Below are positions 17,178 through 26,351 of a stretch of DNA of 60,695 nucleotides, in pieces. The notes below the pieces were generated by a model. The model ran no database searches. It saw only the letters and a program-made list of their open reading frames with translations, and was not told the origin of the DNA. This stretch comes from Candidatus Solincola quzhuomuensis (lineage in GTDB: Bacteria > Actinomycetota > Geothermincolia > Geothermincolales > RBG-13-55-18). The DNA lies in NCBI GenBank assembly GCA_015711855.1, contig JACVJF010000004.1, positions 1 through 60,695 on the forward strand. Direction: 5' to 3'. A program made the position numbers and the translations under genes. Within the stretch, counting starts at the first letter, position 1. Every line of letters begins with the position of its first letter.

Positions 17178-18539
17178 ATGAACGAGTTGGCGGAGGTGGG
17201 AAAGTTCGTCTGCGGGCTGAGGTACGAGGACGTTCCGGGCGAGGTGATGGAAGCGGCGAAGCTTCCCGTCATCGACTGCCTCGGGGTGACGGTGGCCGGC
17301 CTTGAAGACGAGGGATCGCGCATCGTGGCCGAATGGGTGGATTCCGTAGGCGGCAGGGAGGAGGCTACCGTTTTCTACGGGTTCAGGAGGAGCGCTGCGC
17401 CTCTGGCGGCTCTGGCCAACGGCACCGCCGCTCATGCCCTGGATTACGACGACGTGAGTTTCCGCATGATGGGACATCCTTCCGTGGCCCTGGTTCCGGC
17501 CGTCGTGGCCCTAGGGGAGGTGCTGGGCTCGTCAGGGAAGGATTTCCTGCTGGCCTACGTGGCCGGGCTGGAGGTGGCCGCAAAGGTGGGAGCGGCCCTG
17601 GGCGGCAACTCCTACATGCTCGGATGGCACCATACCAGCACCTTGGGAGTCCTGGGCGCCGCCGCTTCAAGCGGGAAGTTGCTGGGGCTGGACGAGGAGA
17701 AGATGACCCACGCTCTGGGCATCTCCTGCTCCATGGCCATGGGCATCCGGGCCAACTTCGGGACCATGACCAAACCTCTTCACGCAGGAGCCGCGGCCAT
17801 GAACGGGGTCATCGCCGCTCAGCTCGCCGACCGTGGGTTTACCGCCAATCCCGACGCCCTCTACGGCGAGAACGGTTTCGCGCGTGCCTTCACCTCAGAC
17901 CTGGAAAAGGCGGAGGAACTGCTTAAAAGCCTAGGAGAGCCCTACGAGCTCACGGATCCCGGCCTCTCCTTCAAGCCTTATCCCTGCTGCCGGGGACCGC
18001 AGGGGGCCATCGACGCAGCTTTGGCGGCCAGGGAGGAGTGGAAGAAAAAGGGGAAGATCGATCCCTCGGATGTGGAGAGAGTGGAATGCCGGGTGCCCTC
18101 CTGGTTGAGGTCGGTACTCGTATATCACGAGCCGAAGACCGGCACGGAAGGGAAATTCAGCCTGGAGTTCTGCGTGGCCGCCGCCCTCCTGGAAGGCAAG
18201 GTGGGCGTGGGCCAGTTCAGGGACGAGGTGGTGACCTCGGAGCCGGTGGCGGAGCTCATACGCCGCTTTGACTGGCAGGACCTGGAAGGGGAGATCACCA
18301 GTCCCTTCGCCTCCGAGGTGGTGGTCCATCTGAAGTCGGGGGATAAGGCGACGGGCAAAGCGGAGAGACCCCTGGGCGAGCCGGGCAATCCCATGAGCCA
18401 GGAGCAAATTCACGACAAGTATCGGGAATGCGTGGGGAGCATCCTGGGCTACGCGGTCGCCGACTCCACCTTGGAGATGCTGCGGAACCTGGAGAGGCTG
18501 GACGACGTGAACAGCCTGGTACGCGCCTACCGGGGATGA
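17178..18539 (+). CDS. MmgE/PrpD family protein (iminodisuccinate-epimerase-like)
   Basis: ANGTAAHALDYDD, GHPS, Y..GWH, KPLHAG, KPYPCC and GEPGNPMS motifs. Confidence 0.92.
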   Translation: MNELAEVGKFVCGLRYEDVPGEVMEAAKLPVIDCLGVTVAGLEDEGSRIVAEWVDSVGGREEATVFYGFRRSAAPLAALANGTAAHALDYDDVSFRMMGHPSVALVPAVVALGEVLGSSGKDFLLAYVAGLEVAAKVGAALGGNSYMLGWHHTSTLGVLGAAASSGKLLGLDEEKMTHALGISCSMAMGIRANFGTMTKPLHAGAAAMNGVIAAQLADRGFTANPDALYGENGFARAFTSDLEKAEELLKSLGEPYELTDPGLSFKPYPCCRGPQGAIDAALAAREEWKKKGKIDPSDVERVECRVPSWLRSVLVYHEPKTGTEGKFSLEFCVAAALLEGKVGVGQFRDEVVTSEPVAELIRRFDWQDLEGEITSPFASEVVVHLKSGDKATGKAERPLGEPGNPMSQEQIHDKYRECVGSILGYAVADSTLEMLRNLERLDDVNSLVRAYRG

Positions 18540-18587
18540 GACGCGGCCCTTCCCCCCCGCCTTTAGCGGAGCGGCCGCGGGGCGAAC

Positions 18588-19004
18588 CTAAGAAGACGTC
18601 CCCAAACGGGTGCGTATGAAATCCGCCACCTGCGAGATGTAGGTCCCGGAGACGAAGACCTCGGCCACCCCCATCTCCTTGAGCTTGGGGATGTCCTCGG
18701 CCGGGATGATCCCGCCCACGAGGACCATCTTGTCCTCCACGCCCTTTTCCCGGAGGAGGGACATGATCCGACGCACTATGCTCAGATGGGCTCCGGAGAG
18801 GATGGATAGACCGATCACGTCCACGTCCTCGTCCACGGCGGCGTTGACGATCTCCTCCGGGGTGCGCCTCAAGCCGGTGTAGATCACCTCGAATCCCTCG
18901 TCCTTCAGGCCGTAGGCGATGACCTTGGCCCCTTGGTCGTGCCCGTCCAGGCCCGGTTTGGCTATGAGCACCCGGATAACCTTTCCACCCGTTTTGGCTT
19001 CCAT
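18588..19004 (-). CDS. Acyl-CoA mutase cobalamin-binding small subunit
   Basis: [12 protein letters not shown] (DxHxxG), SILSGAH and GGIIP motifs. Confidence 0.95.
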   Translation of the reverse strand: MEAKTGGKVIRVLIAKPGLDGHDQGAKVIAYGLKDEGFEVIYTGLRRTPEEIVNAAVDEDVDVIGLSILSGAHLSIVRRIMSLLREKGVEDKMVLVGGIIPAEDIPKLKEMGVAEVFVSGTYISQVADFIRTRLGTSS

Positions 19005-19018
19005 GATTTACCTCCCCG

Positions 19019-21043
19019 TCAATCCATCACCGTCTCGCACCTCAGGAGCTCCACCTTAAGGCCCGTTTCCCTGGCGATATCGAGGTATGCCCGACCGGTT
19101 AGGTCCCTTCCCCAGCGGCTGAGATGGAAGGGGGAGGAGGGAATGATCACCAGGTCGGGCTTCTCGCCGTGTTTTTCCATCCATTCTTGGAGGTGGTCTA
19201 TGTAGTCCTTCACCACCAGCAGGTCTCCGAGCATTATGTTTCCCCCGAAGAAGCGATTCTCCGGAACGCTCAGTCGCAGTTCCGAGCCCTCCGGGAGGTT
19301 GATCGGGTTTTCCTCCAGCAGCTGTTCCAGGGTGGGGCGGACAAGACGCGAGGTGAGGAGAAGGACCAGGCGTGCCTCCGATCGGCGCACCATGCCCTCC
19401 AGGACCCGGAGGTAGGAGACTCGCAGACCGCTCCCCATGAAGGCCACCCCCAAGTGGGTTCCGGTGTGAAAGTCGAAAGGATAAGAGTACCGGCGAGTCT
19501 CTCCGCCTAGCTCCACCGCTTTGCCATCCCTTCTCACCAGGAGAGAGACCTTTTCCTCCCCGCTATTCTGAAGCAGGGTTAGCAAGTCGCGGGCCTGGGG
19601 ACGGTTGAGCACGTTGATCCCGTTAATCCGAAGGATGACGTCTCCCGGTCTGAGTCCCCAGGATTTTGCCGGAGAGTTGGGTACCAGCCCGATCACCTCC
19701 GGAAGGTTCTTTCGCTCCCGGGTGAGGTTCTCCTCGTAAAGCGCGGGGCTCAACACCAGAGGGCAGGGAAGGTCGCTGCGCATTTCCCCTACCAGCCGTA
19801 CCACGGCGCCCCATACCTCCTCGGTGTCGAAGAGCGGTGTCGAGGAGAAGAACCTAGAGTAACCGGGAAGGTTGACCTGAACCAGCCGCGCCCCGCAGCC
19901 CGCGGCGTAGGCGCAGGTCCTCTCCAAGTCCCGCAGCATCTCCTCCAAGGAGGGTTCCGGCCAGGCCACCACGGTGACGGCGAAGGGAATGGCCGCATCC
20001 GCCAGCCTGGGGAGAGAGTGGATGGCCGTCTCGGGTCTCCGGTCCCCCATGAGGAAGGAGCGCCGGGCGGGGTCGGAGCTGTTGAGGGAGACGTCCAGAA
20101 AGAGAGGGGCTAGGCCTGCCAGCTCCTCGACGAAAGCCTTATCCAGGCGGCAGCCGTTGGTGGCCAGACGGAAGGGCGCGTCGGTCCTCTCCCGCAGGCG
20201 GCGGAGCAGAGGTATGATGCGCGGATGGGCCAGCGCCTCACGGGGTCCGCCGAAGGTGGGGAAAAGACCTCGCCGCGCCAGAGGGCGGTAGTGGGCGATC
20301 CTGGCTTCCAGTCTCTTCCAGTCGCTTACCGGGTCGGCTGGCGGCTGCATGAGGGAGGGGAGGGATCCTCGGTGATAACAGAACCGGCATCGACAATCGC
20401 ACCGGTCGGCGGCATGGAGTATCACGTCCTCCGCGCTGTCCACCGGGGCGTCCGTCCAGTCGGAAAGGCGGCGCAGCCGGAACCCGTCCACCTCCACCGG
20501 CTGGCCCTCGCGCTCCAGCTGCACCAGCGAGAGCAGGCTCTCCAGCTGGCGGGCCAGGAAGTCCAGGCGGGGCTCGTAGAGGGCCGCGTTGGCCCGACTC
20601 AGGAAAGGCGGGACCGGATACCCCCGGGAGTTGGCCCTTTTCGACGGGCCGGCTATGCAGGAGCGCTCCTGGGGAGGACTTATAATTCTCGGTCGTGCTT
20701 GGCGATTTTCGTCCGCCTCGTAGGATTCGGTTACCGAATCGTTTTTCGAAGTGGGATATATGTCGTGCACCGCCCCGTCCGGGCCCAGAAAGCGGAAGCC
20801 GTCCACCTCCACCTCCCTACCTCCCTCCAGGAGGCGTATCACGGACAAGAGGTTGCGGAGTTGCTCGCGTATCAGCTGCACGTGAGGATCCGGTCCCCGC
20901 GACCCGCCTCCGGCTTGTCGCAAGGGATAGCGGAAAAGAGCCCCTTCGACCTCCTCCGCCCCCGTTGTCGCAGCGGGGGCGGTATTTCGGGCCGCCGACT
21001 CGCGCTCCGCCGAGAGCCGCTGACGTTCCATCCTCGTCACCAC
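19019..21043 (-). CDS. Radical SAM protein with PDZ-like and C-terminal DUF512-like domains
   Basis: CDCRCRFC motif; PDZ-like SPA...GLRPGDVILRING; DUF512-like ENRFFGGNIMLGDLL...D. Start position uncertain. Confidence 0.75.
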   Translation of the reverse strand: MVTRMERQRLSAERESAARNTAPAATTGAEEVEGALFRYPLRQAGGGSRGPDPHVQLIREQLRNLLSVIRLLEGGREVEVDGFRFLGPDGAVHDIYPTSKNDSVTESYEADENRQARPRIISPPQERSCIAGPSKRANSRGYPVPPFLSRANAALYEPRLDFLARQLESLLSLVQLEREGQPVEVDGFRLRRLSDWTDAPVDSAEDVILHAADRCDCRCRFCYHRGSLPSLMQPPADPVSDWKRLEARIAHYRPLARRGLFPTFGGPREALAHPRIIPLLRRLRERTDAPFRLATNGCRLDKAFVEELAGLAPLFLDVSLNSSDPARRSFLMGDRRPETAIHSLPRLADAAIPFAVTVVAWPEPSLEEMLRDLERTCAYAAGCGARLVQVNLPGYSRFFSSTPLFDTEEVWGAVVRLVGEMRSDLPCPLVLSPALYEENLTRERKNLPEVIGLVPNSPAKSWGLRPGDVILRINGINVLNRPQARDLLTLLQNSGEEKVSLLVRRDGKAVELGGETRRYSYPFDFHTGTHLGVAFMGSGLRVSYLRVLEGMVRRSEARLVLLLTSRLVRPTLEQLLEENPINLPEGSELRLSVPENRFFGGNIMLGDLLVVKDYIDHLQEWMEKHGEKPDLVIIPSSPFHLSRWGRDLTGRAYLDIARETGLKVELLRCETVMD

Positions 21044-21161
21044 CTCACTTCAGCCGGTGCGCCGTTCGGGTGGGCTCGCGCTCTGCGCAACCCGGTTTTT
21101 CACGGCCGGCGATAACCGTATGCCAGGGGACGGAAGGGATTCCCTTCACCGTCCCCCAGGG

Positions 21162-22925
21162 TCAGAAGGGGGACACGGCCTGGTATTCCCCGAAGACCTC
21201 CCGCAGCACGTCGCATATCTCCCCCTCGGTCACGTAGGCCTTCACGCACTGGATGAGGTGAGGGAGCAGGTTCTCCTCCTCCTTCCGGGCCAAGTCTTCC
21301 AGCTCCTTCAGGAGGCGAGCCACCTCCCGGCCGTCGCGGTTCCTCTTGATCTCCGCCAGGCGGGCCTTCTGCCTCTCCTCCGCGCGCTCCCTCCTCTCTG
21401 GGTCGTAGGGGTTGGGGACCAGGCGGTTGGTGGTCACCTCCAGCTCGTGCTCGCCGGTGAAGCAGTTGACCCCCACCACCAGGCGTTCGCCCCGCTCTAT
21501 GGCTCGCTGCCGCTCATAGGCGCTGCGGGATATCTCCCTCTGCATGTACCCGTTTTCTATGGCCGCCACCGCTCCGCCCATCTTCTCGATCTTCTCCAGT
21601 TCCTCCCAGGCGGCGTTCTCGATCTCGTCGGTGAGGGACTCCATGCAGTAGGAACCGGCGAATGGATCGGTGTACTCCAGGAGGCGCGCCTCGCAGGCGA
21701 TGATTCTCCCCGCGTCCTGGGCCAGCTGCAGGGCTTCCATGCTCCACCCCAACCCCAGGGGCTCGTCGTAGGGCGGGAAGGGGAGGGGCCGTCCTCCGGA
21801 GAGGGCGCTGGCCACCGCCCCGATGACCGCCCGGGTGAGGTTGTTCAGCGGCCGTTGCAAGGTGGTGGAGGAGGGCCCGATGTGAGCCCCGATGGCCTGG
21901 CGGATGCGCATGCTCCGCTCGTCCCGGGCCCCGAAGCGCTCCTTGAGTATCCGGGCGTACATGCGGCGGGCCGCCCGCTGGAAAGCGATTTCCTTGAGCA
22001 TCTCCATGGAGCCCCCGAAGGCGTTGAAGGTGAAGCGGGGGGCGAACTCGTCCACCTCGAGTCCGGCTTCCACCCCCACCTTGAGATATTCCACGGCGAT
22101 GGCCATGGAGAAGGCCAGGTCCTGCTCCCGGGTGGCTCCGGCCTCCCTTATGTGGTAGCCGCCTATGCTGGTGATGTTCACGTTGGGCATGTGCCTGGTT
22201 ATGAAGACCAGGCTGTCCCGGAAGAGGCGCAGGGCGTGTCTCGGCGGGAAAATGTAGGTGCCGCGGGCGATGTATTCCTTGAGGATGTCGTTCTGGGGGG
22301 TGGCCCGCAACTTATCCAGGGGGATGCCCCGCTTCTCGGCCAGGGCGGCGTACATGGCGATGATCACGTTGGCCGGGGCGTTGATGGTGAAGTTGGAGGC
22401 GATGCGGTCGAGGTTTAAATCCCCCTGATAAGGCTCGTAGATGATCTCGAAGTCGGCCAGGGTGTCCACGCACACCCCCACCTTGCCCACCTCCCCCTCG
22501 GCCAGGGGATGGTCGGAGTCGTAGCCGCACTGGGTGGGGAGGTCGAAGGCCAGGTTGGGGCCCCCTCGGCTCCCTTGCTCGAGAAGACCCTTGTAGTAAT
22601 CGCGGGTGTCCTCCGGGGTGCCGTATCCGGAATAGATGGCGGCGCGGGTCTGCCCTCCGGCTCCGGGGATCTCCCCCTTTCCCCCCGCCAGAGAGGCCAG
22701 TCGAGCCAGCCCGGCCATGGGTTCTATGGGAAAGGTACCGGCGGTGAAGGGATAGGTGCCCGGGAAGCCCACCTTCTCCAGGAAGTCGAAGGGCTCGATG
22801 TCCAGAGGGGTGAAGAAGCGGCTGCTCTCCTTGTTCAGGTAGGGAAACTTCTGAATGGCTTTGGCCAAGGGCCCTTCCTCCCAGGCGCGCCGCGCCTCGC
22901 TTATCTTTTCCAGATACTCGTTCAT
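21162..22925 (-). CDS. Acyl-CoA mutase large subunit, divergent methylmalonyl-CoA mutase family
   Basis: PGTYPFT.G, AFDLPTQCGYDSD, GEVGKVGV, QNDILKEYIARGTYIFPP, GYHIREAG, DPFAGSY and VVGVN motifs. ATG at 22925 after AAGGGG. Confidence 0.93.
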   Translation of the reverse strand: MNEYLEKISEARRAWEEGPLAKAIQKFPYLNKESSRFFTPLDIEPFDFLEKVGFPGTYPFTAGTFPIEPMAGLARLASLAGGKGEIPGAGGQTRAAIYSGYGTPEDTRDYYKGLLEQGSRGGPNLAFDLPTQCGYDSDHPLAEGEVGKVGVCVDTLADFEIIYEPYQGDLNLDRIASNFTINAPANVIIAMYAALAEKRGIPLDKLRATPQNDILKEYIARGTYIFPPRHALRLFRDSLVFITRHMPNVNITSIGGYHIREAGATREQDLAFSMAIAVEYLKVGVEAGLEVDEFAPRFTFNAFGGSMEMLKEIAFQRAARRMYARILKERFGARDERSMRIRQAIGAHIGPSSTTLQRPLNNLTRAVIGAVASALSGGRPLPFPPYDEPLGLGWSMEALQLAQDAGRIIACEARLLEYTDPFAGSYCMESLTDEIENAAWEELEKIEKMGGAVAAIENGYMQREISRSAYERQRAIERGERLVVGVNCFTGEHELEVTTNRLVPNPYDPERRERAEERQKARLAEIKRNRDGREVARLLKELEDLARKEEENLLPHLIQCVKAYVTEGEICDVLREVFGEYQAVSPF

Positions 22926-23522
22926 CTCATCCCCCTTTCCCCGCTCGCATGGTCCGTATTGACCCGTTACGTAGGTTATAGGCGATTCCGCAAGGACGGC
23001 TCCGCGTAGGGTAGCGCAAGACGCAGCCACCACCAAGATTATAATCACCCTCCGGGCTTATGGCCTCCGCAACGTCCCGAGCACCCGTCGACGTCTACGT
23101 GCTCCGGGTTGCGGGACGGCGTGGATTTACCTCGCCCCCGGGACGAGCGCTCGTAGCCCCCTTTTTCCCGCCTCGGGCGGGACTCCGTAGCCTCTAACCT
23201 TCGGCGGAAGCCTTGCCGTTCCGATTGGCACGAAGCGGGAGCAGCGGCCGAAACGCTCGCGCGCCAAACCCCCTCCTCCCTAGGCCGTATGCAGCCGGGC
23301 GTTCGTGGTCAGCAAATGTTCACTTCTACTAAAGTTATTACATATCGGACCTTATGGCAAGAAGCGAGGATGTACGATCAATCCGCCACCGGTATACTCC
23401 GCGAGATAATGAAACCGTTTGGAAGCTGCCTTAAGCAACCTTTACCCGGAGGCAACAGATTCTTAACGCTTATGGCCGATAATGGGAGAGGATGTCGGAT
23501 GGACCCGGAGGGAGGATCGGGG

Positions 23523-25040
23523 ATGGGCTTGCGGTTCAGGAGCAGGGAAGGACATGAGCCCAAGGAGGCGGGGCGGAGAGACTTCGGGACGGTCCTTTGC
23601 GGATATCCCTTAGGGCCGGCATACTTAAAAAGGCGGAGTGACGGTGGTGTGAGGGATGAGGGAACGCGTTTTCGGGCTGTGGCGAGGGAGGATGCGGACG
23701 AAGGGCGCGGTACAGTAACACGACCGCCTCTCGGCGGCAACCGCCAAAAGGACGCGCTCAATAGACGGACCAAGGGGCTTTTCTCCCTCCTGGTTATCCT
23801 GGCGCTTCTCCCGCCGCTCGTCGGTTGCGGCGGAGGGCGGACGAAGGAGGCGGGAGGGTCCTCGGGATGGACTATAGAGCGAATAGGTACCGGTTCCTTC
23901 CCCCGTTGGTCTTGGGCTCGAGACCTCATAACCTACACCGACCTGGTGGACGGGCAGTACGAGGTCTTCGTCTGCCGCCCGGATGGGAGCGAGGCCCTCT
24001 GTCTCACCGCGGACAAAGAAGCGCTGCGAGGTTGCGGCCACCGAGGGCAATCCGCCTGGCACCCCAGCGGTGAGTACATAGTCTTCACCGCGGAGAACGC
24101 CGCCTATCCCCGGCTGGGCCACGGAGCGTCCGCCCGTCCCGGCTGGGGACGAAACCATGACGTGTGGATCATGAACGCGGACGCTTCCGGATTCTGGAGG
24201 ATCACCGATTACCCGGAGAACTGGGCGGTCATGGAGCCCTCCTTCTCCCACGACGGGAGCAAGATATTCTGGTGCGAGGAGTATTCTATGGAAAAATATC
24301 CCAACGGGAAGGAGGGGGACCTCCTGCTTCCGGGGGACCGACCCACCGGCCCTCCCTACGGGCACCCGGGCGCTTACCATTCCGCCTTGCAGTTCACCTA
24401 CCGGGTAGGAGAGGAGATGTTGGCTTGGAGGATAGTCAGCGCGGACATCGCTTTCGGTCCCGATGGGCCGGTGCTCTCCAATATTAGGAAGTTGGAACCG
24501 CCCGCCGGTTACACCTTGAACGAGGCCAACGGTTTCCTGCCCGGGGACGACGGCTTCATAGGATGCTACTCCATACTTGCGGAGACAAACGGGAGGGCCG
24601 TCGCCGGAGAGCTGCTGGCCACCGATTTAGGGGGCCGGCCGGAGAGGAGGCTCACGGATACCGCATGGCTCCACGACGAAGATCCCTGTTTTTCCCCCGA
24701 CGGATCGCTTATAGCTTTCAAGGAGACCGGGGGCATCGTGGGACACGAGGACGAGATATACCTCATGCGCGCCGACGGCACGGGAAAGACCAGGCTCACC
24801 CACTTCACCGAGCCGGGGTACCCGGAATACGATCCTGTTTATGAGATGGAGGACGCTGAGAGATATGCATACCGTCCGTCCGGGACTCAGATAACGGAGA
24901 TGTGTTTCAGTCCGGACGGAAGGAGGTTGGTCTTCGGGCGCTGCCGACCGACCGGGGATCCCCTGGAGTCGGCTCTGGAAATACACTCCTATCTCTATGT
25001 CCTCACCCTGCCCGAAACCTGTCTTTCGGGGGTAGAATGA
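23523..25040 (+). CDS. TolB-like/PD40 beta-propeller putative lipoprotein
   Basis: Repeated P.(W/F)SPDG-type motifs (WHPSG, FSHDG, FSPDG twice) and hydrophobic LLVILALLPPLVGC. True start uncertain. Confidence 0.75.
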   Translation: MGLRFRSREGHEPKEAGRRDFGTVLCGYPLGPAYLKRRSDGGVRDEGTRFRAVAREDADEGRGTVTRPPLGGNRQKDALNRRTKGLFSLLVILALLPPLVGCGGGRTKEAGGSSGWTIERIGTGSFPRWSWARDLITYTDLVDGQYEVFVCRPDGSEALCLTADKEALRGCGHRGQSAWHPSGEYIVFTAENAAYPRLGHGASARPGWGRNHDVWIMNADASGFWRITDYPENWAVMEPSFSHDGSKIFWCEEYSMEKYPNGKEGDLLLPGDRPTGPPYGHPGAYHSALQFTYRVGEEMLAWRIVSADIAFGPDGPVLSNIRKLEPPAGYTLNEANGFLPGDDGFIGCYSILAETNGRAVAGELLATDLGGRPERRLTDTAWLHDEDPCFSPDGSLIAFKETGGIVGHEDEIYLMRADGTGKTRLTHFTEPGYPEYDPVYEMEDAERYAYRPSGTQITEMCFSPDGRRLVFGRCRPTGDPLESALEIHSYLYVLTLPETCLSGVE

Positions 25041-25471
25041 GAAAACGCTCAAGCCTTAAGTCGGAAGCGGTTCGTCGGATACGCCTTATCCTGTTCTTCG
25101 AGACCCTGCTGGTCGTGGGAAGCGTGGTCGCCGCCTACTTGCTGCAATGGCGCATCCCACTGCCCGTCTGGCTCGCGGTACCCGCCGGGCTTCTGCTGTG
25201 GCTTGGAGGGTTGATGTTTACCTTGAACCGGCGGAGGAGATGGATGGCGCAAAACGGGGTGAGATCGCGAAGGGGAGGGCGGAATGGCTACCCCCTGGTT
25301 AAGGCCAGGGGGATCATGCACCTGGGAGTGGCCCTCGGCTTCCGTTCCTGGCCCACTTTGGCCTTAGCGGCGGTCCTCTTCGCGTTGAACCTGATCCTGG
25401 CCATGCGGACAAGACGCCTCATGCCGGAGAGACCGTGGAGACGGAGGGATACCTCGCCCGTCAACCCTTAA
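25037..25471 (+). CDS. Small hypothetical membrane protein
   Basis: ATGA overlap with the upstream gene; three to four hydrophobic segments. Confidence 0.65.
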   Translation: MRKRSSLKSEAVRRIRLILFFETLLVVGSVVAAYLLQWRIPLPVWLAVPAGLLLWLGGLMFTLNRRRRWMAQNGVRSRRGGRNGYPLVKARGIMHLGVALGFRSWPTLALAAVLFALNLILAMRTRRLMPERPWRRRDTSPVNP

Positions 25472-25571
25472 ATCGTTTATGGAAGGCAATCGCCGAGCCG
25501 TGCATGGGACCGAGGATTGCTGCTCTCTCCATCGTACGGTGACGATCCTCTTTGCCCGGTCCCGATTCAGG

Positions 25572-25600
25572 TTGACAAGGGCACGGCGCGTTAACAAAAT
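25572..25600 (+). promoter_or_regulatory. Putative sigma70-type promoter
   Basis: TTGACA (25572-25577)-N17-CAAAAT (25595-25600). Confidence 0.5.
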
Positions 25601-25846
25601 TACCTCCCGAAAGAGCTGTTTTGCAGAGGTTTTATTCGTAAAAAAGGGAGACCTTGAGAGGTAAACGGAAATACCTTCCATTCTCAATGGCTGAAGGGCC
25701 GGAGATGAAGGAGACGAGGCGAGCGGCATTGAGGAGCGCCGTTAGGGTTTTTCCGGATCCGCGGGTCGAAGGACCGTAAAACGGCCGAAAGCCTCGAGTA
25801 AAAGCCAAGGCCACGGGAAGGAAAAGGGTTTGGAGGAGGGAGGAGG

Positions 25847-26350
25847 ATGGCGGATCCCGAGCACTTGGAGATACTCAAACAGGGGGTCAAAGCCTGGAAC
25901 GAATGGAGGAGGCAAAACGTTTATCTGGTGCCTGACCTGTACGGCGCCGACCTGCGGGGTTTGGATCTGCAATACGTTCACTTCATGCGCGCCAACCTCG
26001 GGGAGGCCAACTTGGCGGGATGCAACCTCCGGAAGTCCTACCTGGTGGGGGCTTACTTGCACGGGGCCGACCTCTCCGGATGCGACCTGGAAGGGGCGGA
26101 CATGCGCGGTTGCCACCTGAGCGGGGCAAAGCTGCGCGGCGCACGCCTGGTGGGGGCGGTGCTCAACAAGGCTTTGGCCGTGGGTGTGGATTTCACCGGG
26201 GCGGACATGAGGTCGGCCATGATGCTGGGCACCAACCTGGAGAACTCCGATTTCACCGGTGCGGACATGGAGGACGTGGACCTGACGGACGCCAAGCTGA
26301 AGGGCGTCAAGACGGAGGAAGTGAGAGGTTACCGCTTCCCAAGGCGGTAA
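25847..26350 (+). CDS. Pentapeptide repeat protein
   Basis: Tandem A(D/N)Lxx repeats after a ...GVKAWNEWR N-cap; strong GGAGG RBS. Confidence 0.93.
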   Translation: MADPEHLEILKQGVKAWNEWRRQNVYLVPDLYGADLRGLDLQYVHFMRANLGEANLAGCNLRKSYLVGAYLHGADLSGCDLEGADMRGCHLSGAKLRGARLVGAVLNKALAVGVDFTGADMRSAMMLGTNLENSDFTGADMEDVDLTDAKLKGVKTEEVRGYRFPRR

Positions 26351-26351
26351 C

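Noticed and set aside
22930-23500. Possible cobalamin riboswitch upstream of the mutase
   Set aside because: No GCCACTG/B12-box core is recognisable on the minus strand by eye; a cmscan would be needed to exclude it formally.
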